DNA from: a virus
DNA: 64,000 nt
IMG/VR virus record: IMGVR_UViG_3300045988_104412
Direction: 5' to 3' (one strand)
Below are positions 32,507-41,252 of this stretch, piece after piece; positions within the stretch are counted from its first letter, which is position 1, and every line of letters begins with the position of its first letter. A program made the translations under genes and the position numbers. The notes under the pieces were generated by a model. That model was not told the DNA's origin. It saw only the letters and a program-made list of their open reading frames with translations, and did no database searches.

Positions 32507-32521
32507 AGGTTTTTATTTGGA

Positions 32522-33106
32522 ATGTTCAATCAAAACAATATAGATATGTGGAATTTACTAAAAAATCAGAAAAAAAAGACGGAGAAGGAGCTGCGCGATT
32601 TGTCGGCGACTTTCTCCATACTCGACACGTTTGAGAAGTGCGAGGCGTTATATTGGCAACGCAAAGGTAAGGCATTGCTGGTAAGCGAAGTATTAGGCAG
32701 ACTGAAACTTGCCGAAGGCAGAGACGGATTTCTGCGCTTTCTTAATCAGGTGTCGATGTGGCAGAATTATCGTTTGCTGGCTGAAGCCTATGAATCTCTT
32801 CGTTTGAAGGTAGAGACCGAGGCTGTACGCAAGGCGCGGGCTCAGTTCGCTATGCTCACTAAAGCCGACATGCAGCGCATTCGTCAGAATGCACGTGAGA
32901 ATATGGAGATGATACCGCCAGAGCGGCTCGACTACATAAAGGAGTTCGACATCTTTATCCTTCGTGCCGGTGCTCCGTCTGCTGAGCTGGCTACAGAGGA
33001 GAACGGGCAGTTGCTCGCCATCGGCCATTTTGACGGAGAGAAGGTGGAGATGGCAATGTACGACGACGTTAAGTACAATCTGTTTAAACCGGAAGAGAAT
33101 GATTAA
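32522..33106 (+). CDS. hypothetical protein
   Basis: First ATG; the listed TTG 32426 start would read through the two hairpins. Confidence 0.55.
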   Translation: MFNQNNIDMWNLLKNQKKKTEKELRDLSATFSILDTFEKCEALYWQRKGKALLVSEVLGRLKLAEGRDGFLRFLNQVSMWQNYRLLAEAYESLRLKVETEAVRKARAQFAMLTKADMQRIRQNARENMEMIPPERLDYIKEFDIFILRAGAPSAELATEENGQLLAIGHFDGEKVEMAMYDDVKYNLFKPEEND

Positions 33107-33674
33107 ACTTTCATTAGACCGCCACGATTTTCTTTATGCCCTTGAAGGTTTCGCGTACGGATCTCATTTGAGGCAGCACGTTTGGAGGACTATGGTGTAT
33201 GCGTCGATACCGCAGATGTCGGTAGAGGACATGGACTACTTTTGGTTCTTCTTGCGGCGTGATTTTTTCGGGTCGTACTTTCGAGAAAAAGAAGATTCGG
33301 TGCAAACGCGTTTTGGCTATTACGACTTTATGCACGTTCTTGCGGTGCTGCATCGCGGCAACCGATATAAGGTGACACTTAGGACAAAGGAGGGAGAAGA
33401 AGCGCAGCGCTGCCTATGCTACAGATTTGACGGACACTACCGCCCGCTGCATAATTATCAGCGCAGCAAGAAACGGAGACGCTTACGTTTAGAAAAGAAG
33501 GTTGCGTTGTTTGACCTCTTTATTCCTGACGAGAATATAAGCGTTGCCGTAAAAGTCAAGAGTGGGGCAAACAAGTTCGTAGAGGAAAACAAGGAAGAAT
33601 GGTGGAAAGACCTTGACATTTATGATGACTTCCGTCGGAGATTCGGCCTAACGGTTGAGAAGTGCGACTATTGA
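33099..33674 (+). CDS. hypothetical protein
   Basis: ATG 33099 overlaps upstream stop by 8 nt; upstream part of listed ORF overlaps previous gene. Confidence 0.5.
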   Translation: MIKLSLDRHDFLYALEGFAYGSHLRQHVWRTMVYASIPQMSVEDMDYFWFFLRRDFFGSYFREKEDSVQTRFGYYDFMHVLAVLHRGNRYKVTLRTKEGEEAQRCLCYRFDGHYRPLHNYQRSKKRRRLRLEKKVALFDLFIPDENISVAVKVKSGANKFVEENKEEWWKDLDIYDDFRRRFGLTVEKCDY

Positions 33675-33738
33675 CAATTAAAGCAAAACGAATGATAACA
33701 AAGATATAAACAATATCCAATTACATAAAACAACAAAT

Positions 33739-34200
33739 ATGGAAACGAAAGAGATAAAAAAAGAAGTGTTAGACAAGGAGATAGCTGCATCTGTTCTTAA
33801 GACTATTGGTAGCTGCAAAAACGTTACTCCAGAAGAGGCTCAAGCGGCAGTAAAGAATGCTATTGACATCGTGGAGAGGGCTTTCGCTGCATTTGCGCAG
33901 GGTCAGAACAAAGACGAAGCGCAGCCGCAGGAGCCAGTCGGCGAGTCTTTGGAGACTCGCATTAATGATTTTACCCATGCGTTCGAGGCCTACAACCTCT
34001 TCACCGTGATACTTGCTAAGTACGAAGGTCGCGAGGTTACTGCCAAACACCTCACCAAAATGGCGAAGCGCTTCGTGCGTATATGTTTGAAGGGTGTGGA
34101 CGGTGTAGAACTTGACGACATCCTCACTGAGGTAAAAGTTGATAAGAACGGCAGAGGTCATCTGACCTTGTCTTTCCGCAAAATCGTAAAAGAGAAGTAG
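33739..34200 (+). CDS. hypothetical protein
   Basis: 153-aa ORF. Confidence 0.55.
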   Translation: METKEIKKEVLDKEIAASVLKTIGSCKNVTPEEAQAAVKNAIDIVERAFAAFAQGQNKDEAQPQEPVGESLETRINDFTHAFEAYNLFTVILAKYEGREVTAKHLTKMAKRFVRICLKGVDGVELDDILTEVKVDKNGRGHLTLSFRKIVKEK

Positions 34201-34203
34201 TCT

Positions 34204-34575
34204 ATGCCAACGAACAACGGATGTCATACCAAACTGGAAGGTTTGGCAAACGATAAAGAGGTAAGGAAGGTTGCGGTAACAATGTTCCGCAATTCCTGCA
34301 ATCGGCTTGCCGATTTGGTGAACGCAAAGCTATTTGACGGATCACGCAACTGGTATTGGATAGCTGATGAGATAGGAGGCACGTGCGACTTCGAAGAAGC
34401 CGACTCTTTATCTCCCGACGAGATGGTGCGTATTTTGGAGGCGGATATGAGTCACGAAGATTATGTTGAGTGGCGCGAAGCGAATTTGGCTAACGACCGA
34501 TACATCAATCTGAAGTCGTGGCTTTTGGGCGCACGGCACGATATGTTTAAAGAAGAAACTAAAACTTTTGAATAA
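34204..34575 (+). CDS. hypothetical protein
   Basis: 123-aa ORF. Confidence 0.55.
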   Translation: MPTNNGCHTKLEGLANDKEVRKVAVTMFRNSCNRLADLVNAKLFDGSRNWYWIADEIGGTCDFEEADSLSPDEMVRILEADMSHEDYVEWREANLANDRYINLKSWLLGARHDMFKEETKTFE

Positions 34576-34648
34576 TTCATCGGATAAAAACAATTTGTTC
34601 GTAATTTGTTTTTTTTCTTTTCTTAGCGAAGGAAAGTTTTAAAACATT

Positions 34649-34672
34649 GGCAGTCGCTGTGAAGCGGCTGCC
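34649..34672. terminator. bidirectional terminator between convergent operons
   Basis: GGCAGTCGC-tgtgaa-GCGGCTGCC followed by T7. Confidence 0.7.
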
Positions 34673-34677
34673 TTTTT

Positions 34678-36672
34678 TTACCTTCCACTCGGCATCACGA
34701 ACCAACCGCCGCCACTCCTGTAGTATTTGTAGCCAAGATATAGAGTGTCAAAAGCATCGGTAAAGTCGGTACGTTGCTGCAGTGGCAGCGTCTCCTCACT
34801 TTCCGGCTTCTTTTCGCCCGACTTATCCTTATGAAATCCCTTGTACGAAATCTGCACCTCGCACATCTGCATGGCGATGATAAGGTCGGGGTTGTTTATT
34901 TGGTTAATACGGATGGCGGGGTAGGAGAGGTGAGCAAGACCGTCGTTAATGATTTGATGTTTCACCTCGTGCTTTTCTGGAGCGCCCATGTCTATTGCTG
35001 TCACGTTCCAACCTCGTTTCTCCAGTTCTGCAATCACTATCATATAGAAGCGCTCGTCGCTCGAAGCGTATGAGGCTCCCTGCTTGGCAGTGGCATCATA
35101 GAAATACGTCACGTCGCGGTTGACGGCTCGCTTTGGAGCGTAGTAGTCTGAAAAATCGGCAATTAGTTCGCGTAGTTTGCGCTCGTTCTTTACGTAAAAA
35201 CTCTTTATCACATTCAGACACTCCATGCCGTCACGCGCGTAGCCTTGTCCCACAACGAGCGTATTGATGTTAGCATTATAGTCGAGAGCTATATATAAAG
35301 GCAGGGAGTTAATGCAGTCGGAATCCATTCGACAGTCGTTGCGCTCGGCGAGTTCCTGGAAGTCGGGTTGGTAACTCTCGCTTGTAATGCGCTTGCCACC
35401 GATGATGCCTGTAGATTTTTGCGTAGAAAACTTTGCGGAGCTGAGAGGGTCTATCTCGTCGGGGATATAGCCATGCACATGGTCGATGTCGAGATTTGAG
35501 TAAAAGCCGTCGTTCGACTTCTGCATCTTTATATTGAGAATTGATACGGCGAAGGTATATGGTGGCAGGTCACGCTTCATCTGACGAATATAGTCTTCAC
35601 CTAAAATATCCACATTGTCGAGAGATGAAGCACGACGCACACAGAAAGCCACTCGGCGCAGTTCACGTAGATAACCGTCCGTGAACTTCTTTGAGCGCAG
35701 AAACATCTGCATTTCGAAATCCTCTTCTGGCGTAATAAGGTATTCGTAATCGTAAACCAGTTCGGCATCCTTTAGTGGAATGAGTTTATAGTTTACCGCC
35801 ATATCCACCATTGCCTTTGTGACGTGTTTGCCATGATTGGGCATGATGCGGAACTGTCCTTCATGCTTCATCATCTTCAGAGCCACGGCACGGATCATCG
35901 TACGCAGCTCCTTTGGCACCACATGAACCCCGTGATCGGTCTTCTTTGCGTTATACAGCAGGTCGTTGTAGCGTATTACCTTGTTGGCGTAGTCCTCCAA
36001 CTGCTCCTGCACCCATCGGTAAGTCTTGCCCTTGAACGGCCCCGTCTCAACGGTTAAGTCCAATTTCTCCTCTTCCTTCTCCAGCCACGAACCTTTGGTT
36101 GTGAGCGAGGCATCCGAGAGGAAGCGCGTACTCTTATACATCGGGTTGTAGTCAGAGAAATTGATGTTGCCTAATGGGTGCGTCTGTCCCGAAAGCGCCG
36201 GCATCAACTCGTCCGTTACTTTCTTATACGGGAAGAATCTCGCCTCGTCGCCCACCATTGCCGAGAACGTGTAGGAGTTGGCAGAGGCAGTCTGCGAGAG
36301 AGATATAAGAACCCATCCGGCACCATTCGCCAGCCAAATATAGTTGTCGTAGTTCTTAGGTTTAAAGATACTCTCCCGAACGTGTTTAGGTGGCCGTCCC
36401 CATCCGAAATGGACTCCTTGCGTAAAACCGAACATACGCTCCATTGCCGCCATCGTACCCGGAATGGTCTTGCCGAAGCCTTGCTGACGCGACACAGCCA
36501 CCCATGCGCCGAGCATACCTGGCATTGAATTGCTTGCCGTCCAGACGTAAGGAGCCACCAGTCCGTCGGTCTTACCCACACGGCGGGCAGCAATCACTCG
36601 CTCATCCTTGGCTCCCATGTATAGCGACTGCTGCTGGAACTTAGTTAAATATATGTTATGTGCTTGTTGCAT
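34678..36672 (-). CDS. terL: terminase large subunit
   Basis: Walker A-like AARRVGKTDG near N-terminus, Walker B-like MVGDEARF, C-terminal RNaseH-like LYIALDYNANINTLVVGQ; 664 aa. Confidence 0.8.
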   Translation of the reverse strand: MQQAHNIYLTKFQQQSLYMGAKDERVIAARRVGKTDGLVAPYVWTASNSMPGMLGAWVAVSRQQGFGKTIPGTMAAMERMFGFTQGVHFGWGRPPKHVRESIFKPKNYDNYIWLANGAGWVLISLSQTASANSYTFSAMVGDEARFFPYKKVTDELMPALSGQTHPLGNINFSDYNPMYKSTRFLSDASLTTKGSWLEKEEEKLDLTVETGPFKGKTYRWVQEQLEDYANKVIRYNDLLYNAKKTDHGVHVVPKELRTMIRAVALKMMKHEGQFRIMPNHGKHVTKAMVDMAVNYKLIPLKDAELVYDYEYLITPEEDFEMQMFLRSKKFTDGYLRELRRVAFCVRRASSLDNVDILGEDYIRQMKRDLPPYTFAVSILNIKMQKSNDGFYSNLDIDHVHGYIPDEIDPLSSAKFSTQKSTGIIGGKRITSESYQPDFQELAERNDCRMDSDCINSLPLYIALDYNANINTLVVGQGYARDGMECLNVIKSFYVKNERKLRELIADFSDYYAPKRAVNRDVTYFYDATAKQGASYASSDERFYMIVIAELEKRGWNVTAIDMGAPEKHEVKHQIINDGLAHLSYPAIRINQINNPDLIIAMQMCEVQISYKGFHKDKSGEKKPESEETLPLQQRTDFTDAFDTLYLGYKYYRSGGGWFVMPSGR

Positions 36673-36674
36673 TG

Positions 36675-36902
36675 TTATCCCGATGTTTTATGTCCTATAT
36701 GCCATTTGTTGCAAGTCCTGCACCGATACACCGTATATCCCTGTGCCTTGATCTTCGGGTTCTCCTGCAAGAACTCCCAAGCATCATTCTCCGTTTCGTA
36801 TGATTCCTTCGCCTTCCATGAGTGCTGCTTGCGAGTGTAGTGTTCGGGGTCCGGCTTGAACGGCGGAACCTTGTTGAAGTATTTGTGTCGGTTGTTACTC
36901 AT
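36675..36902 (-). CDS. small protein with CxxC...H motif
   Basis: ATG 36902 preceded by A/C-rich leader; YRCRTCNKWHIGH. Confidence 0.5.
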   Translation of the reverse strand: MSNNRHKYFNKVPPFKPDPEHYTRKQHSWKAKESYETENDAWEFLQENPKIKAQGYTVYRCRTCNKWHIGHKTSG

Positions 36903-36934
36903 GTGTTGTTTTTGTGTTGTTGTCGGTTGTGTTG

Positions 36935-37719
36935 TCAGAAAAGAGTAGGCTGCGCCAGCTCCAGTTTGATGCGCTTGCAAGCCTTGTCGTAATACTCCTT
37001 GTTGAGCTCGAAGCCGATGAAGTTGCGCTTCTCGCGGATGGCTGCAATGGCGGTGGTGCCGCTGCCCATACAGTTGTCTAAGATAGTGTCGCCTTCGTTG
37101 GAGTAGGTGCGGATGAGATACTGAATAAGAGCTACTGGCTTTTGGGTGGGATGGATCTTCTCCTTATCCCGAATAAATTCGAGTAAATTTATAGGGAAAC
37201 GAGAACCATCACTTACTGTCACCGCTCCTCCATTTTGCGCTTGACATTTTCCTCGTACCATTGCAGCGTCTTTTCGTTGAATGCCATTTTTGCAGGCATA
37301 AGGCTTGCACCCCTTAATCATTTGAGGATGATACTCCATATACATTTTTTCTTGCTTTCAGTTGTTGCAGCCATTCCGAAAACACATATATCCTCTGTAA
37401 TCTTCAATGGTTGATGATGGGAATTTAAGTAATTAGTACCGCTCTCTTTTTTCCATATCCAATTATACTTATACATATCTATGTTCGACATGATAAGCGC
37501 AGACGTGAAAGGTTGCTGACTAAACAAGACTATAGCACCAGTATTCTTTATGATTCTCTTGTATTGCTCCCACAACTTATCAAATGGAAGCACGCTATCC
37601 CAAGCGCAAGCAGTAGTACCATACGGCAAATCGCACACGATGCAATCCACGCTCCCGTCCGGGATCCTTTTCATTCCTTCCAGACAGTCTTCATTATATA
37701 TCTTATTCAGTTCTATCAT
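36935..37719 (-). pseudogene. beta-class N6/N4 DNA methyltransferase interrupted by a frameshift at an A6 run
   Basis: ORF 37719-37318 has motif IV (CDLPYG); ORF 37345-36935 has HPTQKP and CMGSGTT (motif I); frames join if A6 (37345-37350) were A7. Confidence 0.75.
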
Positions 37720-37741
37720 GCTTTGTTACTTTGCAAATCTA

Positions 37742-38336
37742 TCAGTTAAACCATTTCACAGTTGTCTCGCCCTTATATCCCTTCTCCCACACGAACCATG
37801 CGTAGGCGGCAGCGCTGCCCTTTATTGCATCGAAATCGCCGTTGGGTGCGCATTTCAGTCTTGATGAGCTTACCCAAACACGAATGGGGGGGGGTAGAAC
37901 GGAACAGCGCGCGGCGTGCCTTGCCTTCGAGGAAAGTCAGCTTTAGGAACATCGCCACTTTCTTTCTTTCGGGAATGATGCTCAGAGCCTTCTCAACGAA
38001 CTGCTGCGCATATTTGTAGGGTGGATTGGTCACGATGTTTCCGTCCCACGCCAAGTTGTCTATTGCAAGGAAGTCAGCCACCTCGCCGTAACCTCTATCC
38101 ACAAGGTCGCGGCTCACCACCTCGTACCCTGCCGCCTTCAGCACCTCGCTTATGTGTCCTTCGCCACACGCAGGTTCCAATATTCTACCGTCGAATTGTT
38201 CCAACCGGCAAAGCCACTCCGTAGCTTTTGGCTCCGTAGCGTAATAGTCCTCACGCTGTCGTTCTCCGTCAGCATGATTACTCGCTCCTAATGTCTTGAA
38301 CACGGCAGCCGAGCCGCCCACCCAGTCCTTAGCCAT
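37742..38336 (-). pseudogene. gamma-class N6-adenine DNA methyltransferase interrupted at a C9 run (G9 on + strand)
   Basis: EPACGEGH (motif I) and TNPPY (motif IV) upstream; after 37886-37894 the +1 frame reads IRVWVSSSRLKCAPNGDFDAIKGSAAAYAWFVWEKGYKGETTVKWFN to TGA 37744-37742. Confidence 0.75.
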
Positions 38337-38378
38337 TGTGAACCTCCTTTCCGCATTTAATTGAATAGTTCATGTCTT

Positions 38379-38708
38379 TTACATTTTAAATTGTCTTTTC
38401 AAGAAAGGATTGCTCTTTATGAGTTCTATCATTTCTACCTCTGAGTGTAAACCCTCCCAAAATACTTCAGTATGTGAATATCTTCTTTCGTCGTCAATGG
38501 AGAACGGCACGGCATAGTTGGTATATATAACGCCGTGATGTTTTATCAAGTGGCGACCTGGATTCTCGTAGACATTATCGATCCACGTCTCGTTGTCACA
38601 TTCAGTCCATATTTTGTATTCTTCGTGGGTAAGGCCTTTGTCGATACCCATAGGGTAGTGACCAGCCTTGCCGTTTCCTTCTGTCCCGAAATAGATAATC
38701 TTTGCCAT
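38379..38708 (-). CDS. hypothetical protein
   Basis: 109-aa ORF inside the modification operon. Confidence 0.55.
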   Translation of the reverse strand: MAKIIYFGTEGNGKAGHYPMGIDKGLTHEEYKIWTECDNETWIDNVYENPGRHLIKHHGVIYTNYAVPFSIDDERRYSHTEVFWEGLHSEVEMIELIKSNPFLKRQFKM

Positions 38709-38730
38709 ATCGTGATTGTTTTATGTTGTT

Positions 38731-40000
38731 TTAAAATTCGCCAAAATCCAGTTTCATCTGTTGAAATTTCTCGGCATACCATTGTCTGGATGATTTGCCA
38801 GAAATCCACCAGTCGTAGATGTTCTCCGCTATTTCGTTTTCTTGCTCCTCTGTCAAGCGGTCAGAAGAGGAGCTGTCCGAAAACCCAATGCGGCGAGTCC
38901 ACACACCGGTGTTCCTTCGGACAGGTCTTCCAGTTACAGACTGTCCGCATCCACTGTTTACAAATGCGGAACGTCGGCATTGCCGCTTCTCGTATTTTAC
39001 CCCCCAGTCGGATTGTTTGTAGAATCGAGCTGGATCCAATGTTCCGGGTCGGGATGCTTGATGTAGCCGCCTGCGTCCTGAGCAATTCTCTGACGTTTCT
39101 GAGAGGCATCCAGTCCTTGTGGATGTTCCACCAGATGTATTCTTTTTTGAATACCCCCCCGTTTCGGATGGCCTTAATCGCCTTAATCCAGTTTCTCTTT
39201 ACATGTGGATAGCGTTCGTTTTCTATCATCTTTTGCTTATGCGAACTCATTGGACAGCCGATGCAACCTATGCGGTGCCATCCTTCGTCGTAGAGCGAGC
39301 AATGCGGAACTTTCACAACATCATTAAGAAATTCCCATACGTCTTGCTCGGTCCAATAGATAATGGGCGAAATCAGTAGACTCTCTTTGCCGTGGATGCA
39401 GCCTAACGTCTGCTCCTCGTCGGCATTGGTGATGTTCACTCCGTCCTCTCTTGACTTTCGCCTTATGCGTTTAGCCTTCTGCTCTTGTCTATACTCTTCA
39501 AGACCATCGAGGTCGCCGCTAAACTTTCGATTGTTTATCTCCACCTCGTTGCGCTTTGCCCGGCGCGAACTCTCTGCCTTACGTATGCCGATAAGCGTAA
39601 CCTTGCCAGCACCTGCCGTTTCCTTGTATTCAGCGCAGCACCAACGCACACGCATAGTTGGCAAAATCTGTCTTTCTACGGCACTTTGAAAGATGGATTT
39701 ACCAGGCTTGTTTAGTTCCACCTCGGGATAGTTTTTCTTCACGAAGCGTATCACTTCGGGCGGGTCAACGCTCGTAAGATTCATGTGACCTTGAAACCTT
39801 ACCCCCGCTAACTATGCGATATGGTAGAGAGCCTGAGAATCTTTGCCGCCGCTAAACGCCAAAAAATAACCTTGCTCGGCATCATAGTTGAGAGCAATCT
39901 TCTCCGCCTTTTGCAACAATTCCACCGAGTGAAGCATTTTCTTTCGCAATCGTGCCGAAGCACGGTTTAAGGCTTCGGCAAGCGTAATTTTGATATTCAT
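38731..40000 (-). pseudogene. PP-loop ATPase / PAPS-reductase-family gene with in-frame TAG and at least one frame change
   Basis: SGGKDS in ORF 40000-39812; TAG 39814-39812; same frame resumes 27 nt later (39784); C-terminal coding signal ends in another frame at 38731. Confidence 0.7.
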
Positions 40001-40120
40001 TTATTTATAAATTTGTATTATTATATTTTTACTATCAAAGTCGGCATTTAGACAAATAGGAGGCGGCGTGCCATGCCAAAGAACTCACGAAAAGTCATTG
40101 TTACTCGAACGTAATCCAAT

Positions 40121-40182
40121 CGGACGGCGAACGCAATCCGAGCGGACGGCGAACGCAATCTAATTGGGCGGCGAACGCAATC
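40121..40182. repeat. three tandem ~22-bp repeats (GGCGAACGCAATC core)
   Basis: CGGACGGCGAACGCAATCC 40121-40139; CGGACGGCGAACGCAATC 40143-40160; GGGCGGCGAACGCAATCC 40166-40182. Confidence 0.9.
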
Positions 40183-40198
40183 CGGAGAAACGAACCTT

Positions 40199-41209
40199 TT
40201 AGAAGGAAGCGTTTATTCCGTAATTCCTCAAATACTCCTCGCACCTGAAGTCCTTTCTTGGTGAGAAGTCCTTGAAATTGGTAGTACAGAAAATCATTCG
40301 CTTATTGCACCAGCGTGCCAGATCCTTTTGCCATTCCGGAACAACGTGATTAGGATTCACGGGGTCACGGTATGGCTGAGCGTAAGCATAAACCGCCCTA
40401 CCTTCGTGAGTCTTGCGAAACCGTTGTAGACGTTTCCACCAATAGTGTAGCCGATGATAGCATTCTTCAAAGTTGTTCTTGCCGCCTATCATGGTATAGA
40501 GAAAGTATTCGCCCCGGAATCCTGCCGCATTGATAAGTTGCATGGCTCGTTCACAATATGCTATCTGTGCCGTGGTGTCGCAACCAAAGCGGATGCGAGA
40601 GTCTATCCATTTCACTTTCCCTAACAGCTCGGCATATTCGGGAGTGACAAGCCGTGCATCCATCGCCTGATTGAAGTCGATATGCAGACCGAGGTCGATT
40701 ATCTTCTTGAGCTGCTCCTTTGCATAGTCGCCCGCCGCAAGAATGTTGTTGTCCATCAGCACAACATGCGTGCGCCCCTCTATGGCAATTTCTTCTATAT
40801 CCATGTAAGGACGTATGCGCCCCTCCTTTTTCGGAACAACACACCAGAAGCATTTGTTAGGGCACCCCTCGGTAAGTTTGCCTACGGCTTGATTTTTCGG
40901 TAGCCAAGGGTACATCGCGTAGAGAGGTTGGAGCTTGTCTATCTCGTCGGGCAGACGCTTATAGATGTCGTAGCCCGTGCCACCCTTCTCCAGTCGGTCG
41001 TAGGAGAACTGCCGAAAGTCGATGTCGGGCGAAAAGTTGAAAACCTTGCTGGCATACAGTATGTCGTAATGATGCCTGTCGAAAAGGTCGGTAGGCTGTG
41101 CCCATTCCACTTCATCGCCCTGCGTCGTGTGCCAACGGGCAATCTTGCCGAGATCCACGTTAGGGTATATCGTAGCTCCCCATTTCTTTTTGCCGTGTCG
41201 CCCATCCAC
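40199..41209 (-). CDS. radical SAM enzyme, unknown substrate
   Basis: CPNKCFWC (CxxxCxxC) cluster motif; 336 aa. Confidence 0.8.
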   Translation of the reverse strand: MDGRHGKKKWGATIYPNVDLGKIARWHTTQGDEVEWAQPTDLFDRHHYDILYASKVFNFSPDIDFRQFSYDRLEKGGTGYDIYKRLPDEIDKLQPLYAMYPWLPKNQAVGKLTEGCPNKCFWCVVPKKEGRIRPYMDIEEIAIEGRTHVVLMDNNILAAGDYAKEQLKKIIDLGLHIDFNQAMDARLVTPEYAELLGKVKWIDSRIRFGCDTTAQIAYCERAMQLINAAGFRGEYFLYTMIGGKNNFEECYHRLHYWWKRLQRFRKTHEGRAVYAYAQPYRDPVNPNHVVPEWQKDLARWCNKRMIFCTTNFKDFSPRKDFRCEEYLRNYGINASF

Positions 41210-41252
41210 GTCTATGAGTCCTATTTTTATCTCTATTTCTTATATTTTCCGT

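Noticed and set aside
32426-32521. TTG start extending the 32522 gene by 32 codons
   Set aside because: The extension is a translation of the two GCGA-tetraloop hairpins (VRENR twice). ATG 32522 is preferred.
39812-39814. Genome-wide TAG reassignment (alternative genetic code) as the explanation for the in-frame TAG
   Set aside because: TAG clearly terminates other genes. The tape-measure gene stops at 50150-50152 directly before a terminator structure, and the 576-1169 gene stops 1 nt before the next ATG. Long ORFs are intact under the standard code, and the only tRNA seen has a CAU anticodon, not CUA.
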